DNA of 54,548 nucleotides, filler included, from Catajapyx aquilonaris (GCA_000934665.2; 2 parts of 2 records of this genome joined end to end with filler, not necessarily neighbours in it), one strand, 5' to 3'; shown: positions 24,401-36,200, counted from the whole stretch's first letter. Program-made: numbers and translations. Notes: a model not told the origin generated them from the sequence alone.

Positions 24401-25348
24401 ATGGCGCTTCCCAGACCCAGCGCCGGCTTTACATACCATTTCGACAAAACCTCCAAAAACATCTCGTCCAATGAAATTTCACTAAATAACATTTTGTCCG
24501 AAAGATTTTTCGCCCAAATGACATTCGGTCCGAAATATTTCGCCTAATGATACATTTACTATGCAACTGGTGTCACTGAATTCTCGTGCACTAGGCACGA
24601 TTTTGTCCAAAAGGTATCGTGTGTAAAATAATTCCTCCAAACCCAAAGGCGCAGACGCGGGTATACCAAAACGGGTTAGTCTTTGGACAAAAACATTTGG
24701 ACGAAAAGATGTAATGTACGAAAATTAGTCCAACGAAATGCATTTTGGCGAAATAATTGGACGAGATATCTTTGCAAGAAAATGATTTGACTGAAGGGGT
24801 ACATAACCGTAATTATGTGCCAAGCATGTGAATTCCGTGCAAGAATGTGTCCTAATGGAATATTCAGACAGACGCCGATTTTTAGTAATTTAGCGGAAAT
24901 TTGCGAAACAATTATTAGTAATACACAAAATCTTCATAATTTGCTAGGAAGGGTATTTTGTCTCTTCCATAGGTTTATTCCTCACATCGGAAATGTACTC
25001 GGACCATTTCTTGCCTTAGAAGTAAGGTGCATTAGAACATTGGGAACACTGAGAACCATTTTTGTTGGTGTTCTCATGTTTTCACATGGTTTAGGATTAT
25101 GGGAGTTTCCCGACATGCTTTACTACTTTCGCATCATCTTTTCATCACATCAGATATAGCTCGGGCAGAGCTACAAACGACATATGGTCCGTCACTGTGT
25201 CACAATATGTCAAGAACAGTAGATACTCACGGAGAATGAGGTCATTCAATTCCCATTCGTCAAACAGATGGAATATCACATATGAATCATCTGGAGCTTT
25301 ATTCTTGCGAAGTTGCGATATGTTCTTCGGGAATTTAAATTCCATCAT
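10581..25348 (-). CDS. NCAPD2: Condensin complex subunit 1 (Cap-D2/NCAPD2/Cnd1)-like HEAT-repeat protein, highly divergent; terminal exon unresolved
   Basis: Exons 25348-25231, 22570-22442, 22128-21956, 20276-20149, 20073-19683, 19225-19064, 18993-18823, 18537-18438, 17090-16934, 16872-16249, 15981-15849, 15398-15322, 14193-13905, 13019-12616, 12532-12406, 11421-11294, 11232-10957, 10860-10581 total 3867 nt (1289 codons), phase-consistent and stop-free. Motifs colinear with remembered NCAPD2: FDVFYSVIRRF, FNSVKMNIY, LVDESSIVREKAL, GINSAYHGMRRIL, LVNNPQMYQN, IAYCLQNM. Confidence 0.85.
13345..13424. repeat. Short palindrome (hairpin)
   Basis: ACTGGAATGCATGATTTATTAAGTGTAATAAT / ATTATTACACTTAATAAATCATGCATTCCAGT. 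Confidence 0.85.
14225..14360 (-). mobile_element. tRNA-derived SINE, 5' part (family A)
   Basis: Minus strand has A box TGGCGCAGCGGTAA and B box GGTTCGATCCC followed by GTGCAGAGTTGGGCCATCTCTG, which is shared with the copy at ~52487. Confidence 0.75.
14696..14844. mobile_element. Palindromic MITE-like element
   Basis: GGATTTCCTTTCCACATGAGGCGG..TATTAGCCTCCAACAGAGGTGCT / AGCACCTCTGTTGGAGGCTAATA..CCGCCTCATGTGGAAAGGAAATCC. Confidence 0.75.
17092..17314. repeat. Compound (ATT)n/(TAA)n microsatellite
   Basis: Degenerate ATT/TAA array ending in a pure (TAA)n run; explains the poly-Ile and poly-Tyr/Asn ORFs. Confidence 0.95.
19325..19655. mobile_element. Fold-back (inverted repeat) element; related fragment at ~17788-17920
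   Basis: GAGAGCGCCATGAGAC..ACCCTACCGGACTACGCTGAACTT versus AAGTTCAGCGTAGTCCGGTAGGGT..GTCTCATGGCGCTCTC; similar core at ~17880-17920. Confidence 0.7.
20322..20724. mobile_element. pogo/Tigger-type MITE (same family as 44901-45261)
   Basis: AATCCTTTATCCTAAATGCTTGGGATCGG..TTTCGGATTTTGGAATA closely matches the reverse complement of ~45187-45255; degenerate TIR ends. Confidence 0.7.
20959..21353. mobile_element. Tc1/mariner-type MITE with long imperfect TIRs
   Basis: ATCCAAAACACTTG..GACTAATATGGCTATT..ACTAAGCTGC / GCAGCTTAGT..AATAGCCATATTAGTC..CAAGTATTTTGGAT. Confidence 0.7.
21428..21499. repeat. (CTA)n microsatellite
   Basis: Pure tandem CTA run. Confidence 0.95.
24425..24810. mobile_element. 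Degenerate non-autonomous DNA element with TTCGTCCAA-like subrepeats in opposite orientation at each end
   Basis: CTCGTCCAA/TTCGCCCAA/TTCGCCTAA on the left, TTGGACAAA/TTGGACGAA/TTGGCGAAA on the right. Confidence 0.5.
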
Positions 25349-26751
25349 ACGATCCGGTTGCCGCTCTGTCACATTGTAGGTCTCACTGTCAAAATTACAA
25401 TGTTTTTACTGCAATGTCCATCAAGGTCGATCAAAGAAAAATTGATGGTGATAAGTCACCTCTGGGCTGCATTTTAAATCCAGTCCAACTCGGCCCAAGA
25501 TTTAGGGCTTACTTTACATTTTAGTACGCTGCCGTCTTTCTTTACAGGGCCAGGGGTGAATATTCCATCAACTCTACTCCAAAAATACGGTATGTCAAAA
25601 AAATCTTCAAGGAGTATGTTTGCATACTACCAAGGCTTCGATTCCATGGCACAATGCTATGACTATACCTCAATATGCAAGACAATTCCAAAACAAGCGA
25701 ATGTGCCTATATCTGTTGCAGTGTTCCGCATTGTAACGTGTTTACATTCAAAGTAGCCTACAAATAATTTGGAACATCATAGAGCTTCCTATGATGTTTG
25801 AGTCTTCTTCCCGATGAAGATAATATGCGTTGCAAGAGTCCATCTAGGTAACTCTAATAATTGCCAGGAGAGGTCTCTGCTCCAACGTAATCTAATAATG
25901 CAATACAGCACTTACACTTACAGCAATCGAGTGTATGCATTTATACATAGTAAATGAATTGGAACCTTGAAATACGAATTTTCTGAATTCGTTTCAATTA
26001 AAGTAATCATATAACTCGAACTGAGTCACAACATCATATTACAATAAATGTCTTATTCGAGTGAAAATAAATCACTCACACTTTTCAGTCAATTTTTCTT
26101 AATGCTATTATTTACAGTTTTAAGTAAGAACAATTTCGAGTTAACTTCCGCCACCTAAAAGAGCCAAAGTCCGACACTTGTCTGATTGCTATTGCAATTT
26201 TTTTGTGCTGAGCTGCTGATTATAAGCATAGTTACTTTAGTGATTATCAAAAGTATGTCTGTACCCATCATTTATGAAGCTTGTTAAGGGGATCCGGTCT
26301 GCAAAAATGAATTCTACAGTATCATTCACGTTTGCTGCCAATAATAATGGGCCCGCATTTTAGAATCGGAAATTCATTGCAATTCATCATCATTATCATA
26401 AGTTTTTTTTAAAATCATGGTCGGCCTGCAGCAACGGCCACTTGGCCTACCAACAATGCCGTCACATTTCATTCATACACATCTATACACTCATACGAAA
26501 AAAATCACATATACCACACAAATACATTAAGAAATGATTTCATATCTGGAAAAAATACGATAGAAATTGCACAATATGCTACAAACATCATTTCTCTTTT
26601 ACTACAAGATATAATACGACCCAATATAATACTCAATATAATACATCATTGTTATGTCACTAGTCACTATACCCACCCTCGTTCTCCTGGCCCATGGTCT
26701 ACCCATCACTTTGTAGTCTATCTCCGTTTCTTTACCATTGCATGAGGTATA

Positions 26752-27148
26752 CAGGGTGAAAATGAATTCGGGGGACAAACTTGTAGGGGTAATTGTAATA
26801 GAGGGGACCAAGACAAACATATTTGACCTAGGAACCCGTGTCCGGAAACGCCATCTAGAGGGGGTTCATAGACAAGGAACGGGTGCGCTCAGACGCGTCA
26901 CGCGGGCGGCGTTAGCGAGCGGACCCGTTTAGTTGCTAGGTGGCGCGCGGATTGTACACAACTTTGCAATTCGCCATAACTTGGCAACAACAGAGTTGTT
27001 GTTTATTATCTGTGCGCTAAAACGGCGTATTCCTTAACCCTACCTGGGCTTAACTGGCGCTTCCGAATGCGCATCACCGCTCTCCCGCCGTGACGTCACA
27101 TGCGGGTGTTGGACGCGCTCTGGGACACGATTCAGGCAGCGGGAGCCG

Positions 27149-27150
<2 letters not shown>
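26752..27150. mobile_element. Probable end of a Tc1/mariner-type element truncated by the contig end
   Basis: Begins TA-CAGGGTG like the other mariner-type MITEs here; CpG-rich interior including TGACGTCA at 27091-27098; no second TIR visible. Confidence 0.4.
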
Positions 27151-27182
<32 letters not shown>

Positions 27183-27282
27183 NNNNNNNNNNNNNNNNNN
27201 NNNNNNNNNNNNNNNNNNNNNNNNNNTTAATTAATTAANNNNNNNNNNNNNNNNNNNNNNNNNNNNNNNNNNNNNNNNNNNN
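27183..27282. other. Artificial 100-bp contig spacer with six-frame stop linker
   Basis: Exactly 44 N + TTAATTAATTAA + 44 N. Confidence 0.92.
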
Positions 27283-27588
27283 CTTTCTGATGAAGCATTC
27301 TTCTGCCACTGAAGACTCGATTTAGTGTATATTGAGGTAGAGTTTGGCATCCTCAGAAAGAAACCTGTAAAGCCTTTTGACATTGGCCAGTTTCGAAGCG
27401 TTCGCGATTTGTGTGGTTCGTAAAACACACTGCACTCCCGCTTATCCGGGCTCGGGTGTCGCCAGATCCAATAATCGGAAAACACGGATAATCAGAAAAT
27501 GGTCCTACATACCGTAAAATGAGCTATTCGCAGGTTTTACAAGAACGACTGTACGTCTGTAGTACAATGTACATACTGTATCCTGCTT

Positions 27589-30500
27589 TAAATAATATTA
27601 ATCGTAATATTAGAAAAAAATCCCTAAATCTTTATTTTGTCTTCTGGAAAAAGTCTGTGATGATTGGGGACATTCACACATCACTTCCGGTGAAGGCCGG
27701 AGCCATTAAAAGTCAAGCATCCTTCCCTCCTCCTTGAGTCACGGTTACCTTCACGAAATGCAGTACAGTATCGAAAAAATCAACAGTCAACAATAGAATG
27801 GCTCTAACAATGGGATACGTGTTTTCCTCTGGAAAAGGGGCTGTCTTTTGCCTCGCCTTCAAATAAACCACTCCGTCCTCTATGGAAAGTATTTCTCATA
27901 GTCAGATAAATGCCAGAAAAATAATATCTGAAGCCCATGTCCACGAAGAAAATCTCTATGAAGGACGAAAAGCAATGCTCCTATGTGTGAGCTCGTTCCA
28001 TGCCAAGTATATCTGACCGAAATTATGGGGCTGTCTTTCATACTTAGTAAGGGGTTAATAATTATAAAAAAAACAATTATATCTAAACCAAAACTAATAT
28101 TAGCAAAGGTGGCGGTCCACTATTGTGGAGTGTTTCCTATACTGACAGTGAGCAGTCCACGTGTTCGTGTTGGGCTAGCTCGGGTCACTTGCCCGAGTAT
28201 ACATGCGGATGGTGGCAGCTATTGTATCTAAATGTATATGTTGTTCGTGAGCAAAATTGCCACTTTTTTCGATTGTGCTCTGTTTTAGCCATGAATGAAT
28301 AATCCTCATGCGGATAATCGGGAATACAGTATAATGCCATATAACAAATTGAATTCGTACACGTAGTCTGTATCTGTCTATTCACCCGTTGCATTATTCC
28401 ATGCACTCGAAAATTATCCGATCTTCGAGTACTTTCCCAATATAGAACCAGTGCCGGACTCTAAGGTACAAATTTCGGCCCCCTGCTTCGCCCGTGGGTC
28501 CTATCGGAGTGAAAATCGAAGGATAGGATGCCATGGCGATTTCAGACGTATTCACTTCATTGCCGCACATGTATCTCAAATAGTTTACAAATGGAGATTT
28601 ATTTCGTATACCACCACCTTTTTTCCAACTTATAGTTCGGCCTTTGTACTATATTGGGCTTATTCAAATATAGTCTATATTCTTTCAGAAATACATGAAT
28701 ATGGAAAATGACGATCCATGTGCATGTAGGTAAACCAAAACACTATGCAATTATTCCGCTAACATAACTGTCCACGTATTAATCAGGCGAACACAATGCG
28801 AAAACTATGCGATTGCATCTGCATTGCGTCAAAAGTAATTATTTTTACTTGCGTCCAAAATGTTATGCACTAAAAATTATCATCAGCCCAGCAAAAAAGA
28901 CATTCCCATCCCATAACTAGAATCTAGCTCGTAGCACACATCCTATATCTTCCGAGAGAATAGCATATTGGCCCACCAACCAGAGTCTCAACGATTTGTT
29001 ATTATATTCTTTGCCACGAGAAAAAGTTACGATTGACCCTTATGTGGGTCAGGTCTTGCAATTTTTTTTTAGAAAGGGTACTTATTTTTCACGTACATAA
29101 ACCAGCTTCCTGGTTCTATTAGTCTAATGACTAAAATGGAACTTGCATAGTGGAGCATATGAGAAAATAATAGAGGAAATAGATTATTGAGGCATTGACA
29201 TTGGATAGGGCTTAAGTCACAAATAATATTTTTTACAGCGGCTAGTCAAAAAACCAGTATTTAGAACACACCGTGAAGCAAAATATACGCAATATAATTA
29301 ATATATTTGGTTTGATTTGTTACACAAATTCATGAAAAGTCAAAGTAAACGCAGCTGATGAGTTTAACAATTATTAAATATAGGTTACTTTTTTGTGGGT
29401 CATTTCTCATTGTGACTTAACGCCCTTTCCCCTGTCAACGCCTCAGTTGAAATGCAGGTCACACTGACTTGCTGAATTTTGAGATTGACAGTTTAAAGTT
29501 TGAAAATTTCGTGTTTCCCTTACGGAACCAAAGTTTCCCAAGAATTTCTTAGGGTGCTTCAATTGTCTTGTCAAAAAATAATTTGACCATCTGACTTGAT
29601 TACAGAAAATTAAATGTCATTTCGACCAAATGTGTATCTGTTCTTTGGCATCTTGTCTTCAAATAAATTACCAAAGAATCCAGGCTCTATATAATTAAAA
29701 ATTTAAAAAAAGCATGAACTTCATGAATATGAATTGTAATCAAGAATTAGTATTGGGCACATATAGGGCTCAGACGAAGAAAATGAGGCCAAGTTCTGAT
29801 AGGGATTGGGTAAATATACGAACAGAATGCATACATTATACGGATCATGTTTATATCGTAATTGTAGTTTACAGTGTTTTTATGTATTGTTTATATATTT
29901 ACTTTGTTTGATTGTGTACTATGTGTGGATTCATGTATTCGATCTCATCATTACTTAATCCAATATGTTCTCCTCTTGTACCTGACCAATCATCAAAGGA
30001 TTGATTGTATTGGTCATACGAGCCCCTGTCATCGGATTAATGCCTTAGGCCTGTAGAAAATGAATGAATGTTTATATAGTATCAGTTATTTAACTTCATG
30101 TTGATTGCAATGTTAACATAAGTTTAATCAGGGAATGAATTTATTATTGCTTGCATGCTTTTACTCAATGCAGTATTTCCTCGGCTAAAATATTAATATA
30201 AATTCGTAGTTATTTTCCATAACCACCACATGCACCCGGTGAAAATTTAAATTCAGCGGTGAAAATGGAGTTACAAAAATCTGTACGGAAAGACAGGTCT
30301 TTCCTTGTACTTAAAGAAAACTACAATGAAATTCTTATGAACTTATTTAGAGATGATAATTATGTGAGCAGTGTTAGAGTACAAACAACCAGAAAGCATC
30401 TGGGGAACCTAACCGATGCGATGTTCTAATTCTGTATGATTGAGCTGAAATAGATGTTTGACTGAGTATAGTACTACATACTACGAGATGTTTTCCGGAA

Positions 30501-33500
30501 GCTACCGATGTCAAGTTACTTGTAATACAGCTTCAGAATGCTTTATCCTGCAAAAACTGAAAGTTATTTTTTAGTGCTGAATCCGGATGAATCATGACGC
30601 GCCACAAATGGAAAATTCCGCCTAAGTGTAAGCATGACTCTAGCAACATTTCCTGTATCTGTACGTAACGCAAAATTACTACAAACATTAAATTTAAAAC
30701 AATCCATCAAGGTTTAATCGGGGTTAATGTGTAACATCTATTCAAAAATGGCAATGATATGGAAATCGTGAAGAGGCATTTACGTGTCCCACCCAAAAGC
30801 CGCTTTATAGGTGAAATTATGGCGTAACTTATTCCGAAATTAGATACATGCCATACAGCACTTCACCACCACTCCACAGAACAACGGACATATACTCACG
30901 CCCTTATGCCATTTAAAAAATATATAAATAAACATAATTTGCAATACTGACAACATCACACATCTGGGTGACAATCGGTAAAAATAGCCCCCCCTCTGTC
31001 CCTAATTTATAAATAATTAAAACTGGTGAATTGTTAATTGAAAATAAAGCGCTTCAATGGAGGGGGGGGGGGGGGGAATAGTCCACCGGTGATTGGCGAG
31101 AGTTTGGGCGGGAAGCATGGTGATTGGCAAGGATTGGTAGGATGGCGGGGGGGGGGGGGGGGGGTGGAAGCTGTAAGTTGGGGTCCCATTCCAGCTTCCC
31201 GTTACCCCGAAGGATCAGTGAATAGGCTATAAATAATATTAATCGTAATTAGAAACTGTTCCCTGCATCTTTAGTTTGTCTTCTGGAAAAAGTCTGGATG
31301 ATTGGGGACAGGCCGGAGCCATTAAAAGTCAAGCATCCTTCCCTCCTCCCTGAGTCACGGTTCCCTTCACGAAATACATACCGTATCGAAAAAATCAACA
31401 GTCAACAATAGAATGGCTCTAACAATGGGATACGTGTTTTCCTCTGGAAAAGGGGCTGTCTTTTGCCTCGCCTTCAAATAAACCACTCCGTCCTCTATGG
31501 AAAGTATTCCTGAGAGTCAGATAAGTACCAGAAAAATAATATCTAAAGCTCATGTCCACGAAGAAAATCTCTATGATGGACGAAAACCAAAGGCTCGTAG
31601 GTGTGAGCTCGTTCCATTCCAAGTATATCTGACCGAAATTATGGGGCTGTCTTTCATACTTAGTAAGGACGGTGTTAATAATTAAAATATATATATATAT
31701 ATATTTATATTTATATTTATACCAAAACCAATATTAGCAAAGGTGGCGGTCCACTATTGTGGACTGTTTCCTATACTGACAATGAGCAGTCCACGTGTTG
31801 GGCTAGCTTGTGTCACTTGCCGTAGTATACATGCGGATGGTGGCAGCTATTGTAACTAGATGTATAATTATGTTGTTCGTGAGCAAAATTGTAATTTTTT
31901 TTCGATTGTCCTCTGTTTTAGCCATGAATGAATAATCCTCACCCGGATAATCGGGAATACAGTGTAATGCCATATAACAAAATGGATTCGTACACGTAGT
32001 CTGTATCTGTCTATTCACCCGTTGCATTATTCCATGCACTCGAATATTATCCGGTCTACGAGTAGCCTACTTTCCCAATAGTACCAGGGCCGGACTCCAA
32101 GGTACAAATTTCGACCCCTGCTTCGCCCGTGGGTCCTATCGGAGTGAAAATTGCGGGATAGGATGCCATGGCGATCTCCGACGTATTCACTTTATTACCG
32201 CACATGTATCGCAAATAGTGTACAAATGGCGATTTATTTCGTATACCCCCACCTTTTTTTCCACCTTGGAGTTCGGCCCTATGGTACTATTGGTCTTATT
32301 CAAATATAGTCTGTATTCTTTCAGAAATACATGAATATGGAAAATGACGCTCCATGTGCATGTAGGTAAACCAAAGCAGCATGCAATTATTCCGCTAACA
32401 TAACTGTCCACGTATTAATCTGGCGATCACAATGCGAAAACTATGAGATTGCATCTGCATTGCGTCAAAAGTAATTATTTTTACTTGCGTCCGAAATGTT
32501 ATGCACTAAAAATTAACATCAGCCCAGCAAAAAAGACATTCCCATCCCATACTAGAATCGAGCTCGCAGCACACATCCTATATCTTCCGAGAGAATAGCA
32601 TGTTGGCCTTTCACCAACAAGAGTCTCAACTATATTTTGTTATATTCTTTGCCACGAGATAAATAGAATATTGGCCTTTCAGCAACTAGTCTCAACTATT
32701 TACTATATTCTTCGCCACAAGAAAAAGATACGACTTGACCCCTACGTGGGTCAGGTCTTGCAATTCTTTAGAAAGAGTACTTATTTTTCACGTACATAAA
32801 CCAGCTTCATGATTCTATTAGTCTAATGACTGAAAGGAACTTGCATAGTGGAGCATTTGACAAAATAATAGAGGAAATAGATTATTGAGGCATTGACACG
32901 GGATAGGACTTAGGGCCAGTTGCACCGGCCTCAGTATAACTTAGAACCTCGGGTATAACAAGAATTGCCATAGCAATCATTGTTGACCAACAATGATTGC
33001 TATGGCAATTCTTGTTATACCCGAGGTTCCAGGTTATACTGAGGCCGGTGCAACTGGCCCTAAGTCACAAATAGTATTTTTTACAGGGGCTAGGCAAAAA
33101 ATCCTTTTTGAGAACACACCGTGCAGCAAAATATACGCAAAATATATCTTTTGTTAGGTTTTGTCCCACAAATTCATGGAAAGTCAAAGTAAACGCAAGG
33201 TTAGGAGTTTAACAATTATTAAATGCAGGCTACTTTTTTGTGGGTCATTTCTCATTGTGACTTAACGCCATTTCTCCTGCCAACGCCTCAATTGAAACGT
33301 AGGTCACACTGACTTCCTGAATTTTGAGATTGACAGTGTCAAGTTTGAAAATTTCGCGTTTCCCGTATGGAACCAACTTTTTCCAAGAATTTCTTAGGGT
33401 GCTTCAATTGTTTAGTCAAAAAATAATCGATTTGACCATCAGAAGATATGAGTCAATGGTCAATGACTGTCTTGATTACAGAAAACTAAATGTCATTTCG

Positions 33501-36200
33501 ACCAAATGTGTATCTGTTCTTTTGGCATCCTGTCTTCAAATAAATTAACCAAATAATTCCAGGCTCTGAATAATTAATTTTTTTTTTTAAAGCATGAAGA
33601 ACTTCAGGAATATGAATTCTAATCAAGAATTAGTATTGGGCACATATAGGGCTCAGACCAAGAAAATGAGGCCAAGTTCTGATAGGTATTGGGACAATAT
33701 ACGAACTGAATGCATAAATTATGTACGGCTCATGTTTATATCGTAATTGTTGTTTACAGTGTTTTCATGTATTGTTTATATATTTACTTTGTTTGATTGT
33801 GTACTCTCTGTGTATTCATGTCATCGATCTCATCATTACCAATCCAATATGTCCTCCTCTGGTACCTGACCAATTATCAAAGGATTGATTGTATTGGTCT
33901 TACGAGTCCCTGTCATCGCCTTAGGCCTATAGAAAATGAATGCATGTTTATATCGTATCAGTAAGTTATTTAACTTCATGTTGATTGCAATGTTAACGTT
34001 AGTTTAATCAGGGAATGAATTTATTATTGCTTGCATGCTTTTACTCAATGCAGTATTTCCTCGGCTAAAATATCAAGTTTATATAAATTCGCAGTTATTT
34101 TCCATAACCACACATGCACCTGGTGAAAATTTAAATTAAGCGGTGAAAAGGGAGTTACAAAAAGCTGTACGGAAAGACAAGTTTCTATTTGTACTTTAAG
34201 ACAACTACTATGAATTTATTAGGATTTTCTTTTAGATATGATAATTATGTGAGCAGTGTTAGTGTACAAACAACCAGAAAGCATCAGTTCTGGGGAATCT
34301 AACCGATGCGATGTTCAAATTCTGTAGGATTGAGCTGAAATAGATATGTTTGACTGACACTGAGTATAGTACAACCTACTACGAGATGTTTTCCGGAAGC
34401 TACCGATGTCAAGTTACTTGTAATACAGCTTCAGAATGCTTTATCCTCCCAAATCGGAAAGTTGTTTTTTAGTGCTGAATCCGGCTGAATCATGACGCGC
34501 CACAAATGGAAAATTCCACCTAAGTGTAAGCATGACTCTAGCAACATTTCCTGTATCTGTACGTAACGCAAAATTACTACAAACATTTAAACAATCCATC
34601 AAGGTTTAATCGGGGTTAATGTGTAACATCTATTCAAAAATGGCTATGATATGGAAATCGTGAAGAGGCAATTACGTATCCTGCCGTATCCTGCCGTTAC
34701 CCCCAAGGAACAGTGAATATGCTTTAAATAATATTAATCGAAATTAGAAAAAAATCCCTGCATCTTTAGTTTGTCTTCTGGAAAAAGTCTGGATGATTGG
34801 AGACAGGCCGGAGCCATTAAAAGTCAAGTATCCTTCCCTCCTCCCTGAGTCATGGTTCCCTTCACGGAATACAGTACCGTATCGAAAAAATCAACAGTCA
34901 ACAATAGAATGGCTCTAACAATGGGATACGTGTTTTCCTCTGGAAAAGGGGCTGTCTTTTGCCTCGCCTTCAAATAAACCACTATGTCCTCTATGGAAAG
35001 TATTTCTCATAGTCAGATCAGTGCCAGAAAAATAATATCTAAAGCTCATGTCCACGAAGAAAATCTCTATGATGGACGAAAAGCAATGCTCCTAGGTGTG
35101 AGCTCGTTCCATTCCAAGTATATCTGACCGAAAGGTGTGGCGGTGTTTCTTATATTCTTATGCTCCCTGAATTAATAATTTAAAATTTTTAAAAATAATC
35201 AAATAATATAATATGTATATCAAAACCAAAACCAATATTGTGGAGTGTTTCCTAATATACTGACACTGACAGTGAGCAGTCCTACTCCACGTGTTGGGCT
35301 AGTTAGGGTCACCTACCGTAGTATACATGAGGATGGTGGCAGCTATTGCATCTAGATGTATAAGTTGTTCGTGAGCAAAATTGCCATGGCATCCAATCCT
35401 GCGATTTTCACACCGTTAGGACCCACGGGCGAAGCAGAGGGCCGAAGTTTGTACCTGGGAGTTCGGCCCTTGTTCTATTGGGAAGGAGGCGGGGACTTAT
35501 GGTTAGGAAAAAAGGTGGGGGTGGAAGAAAAAAAAATCGTCATTTTAAAACTACAGTATTTAAGGTTAATGTGTGAGAAAGTAAATTCTTTTTGACCAAA
35601 ACCGCCGTGCCATCCTATGTTGTGATTTTCTCTCCGATACAACCAGTTGGCGAAGCAGGCGATGTATATGTTGTTCGTGAGCAAAATTGTAATTTTTTTT
35701 CGTATCGATTCTCCTCTGTTTTAGCCATGCATGAATAATCCTCACCCGGATAATCGGGAATACAGTGTAATGCCATATAACAAATGGATTCGTACACATC
35801 TGTCTATTCACCCGTTGCATTATTCCATGCACTCCAAAATTATCCGACTTTCCCAATAGAACCAGGGCCGGACTCCAAAGTATAAATTTTGACCCCCTGC
35901 TTCGCCCGTGGGTCGGAGTGAAAATCGCAGGATATAGGATGTCATGGTGATTTCAGGCGTATTCACTTTATTTCCACACGTGTATCGCAAATAGTTTGCG
36001 AATGGCGATTTCTTTCGTATACCCCCACCTTTTTTCCACCTTGGAGTTCCGCCCTTGTACTATTGGCCTTATTCAAATATAGCCTATCTTTCAGAAATAC
36101 ATGAATATGGAAAATGACGCTCCATGTGCATGTAGGTAAACCAAAACAGTATGCAATTATTCCGCTAACATAACCGACCACGTATTAATCAGGCGAACAT
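27589..36200 (+). repeat. Tandem segmental duplication with ~3.5-3.6-kb unit (units start ~27589, ~31230, ~34724; third unit partial and rearranged)
   Basis: Colinear near-identical sequence, e.g. GGCCGGAGCCATTAAAAGTCAAG at ~27695, 31311 and 34806; GAATTAGTATTGGGCACATATAGGGCTCAGAC at ~29744 and ~33627. Confidence 0.95.
32913..33060. mobile_element. Palindromic MITE inserted in duplication unit 2 only
   Basis: GGGCCAGTTGCACCGGCCTCAGTATAAC...GTTATACTGAGGCCGGTGCAACTGGCCC; empty site CTTAAG at 29211-29216 in unit 1. Confidence 0.9.

Noticed and set aside
27227..27238. TTAATTAATTAA as a piggyBac TTAA target array
   Set aside because: Symmetric N flanks totalling 100 bp indicate a synthetic linker.
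27798..28017. Conserved micropeptides (22-aa MALTMG... and 44-aa MESISH...) in the repeat core
   Set aside because: Differences among copies are largely non-synonymous, with a frameshift in copy 2 and a premature stop in copy 5; apparent conservation reflects recent duplication.
27589..36200. CRISPR array or prokaryotic defence/mobile system
   Set aside because: Repeats are kb-scale duplications without unique spacers, there are no cas-like ORFs, and the DNA is clearly eukaryotic.
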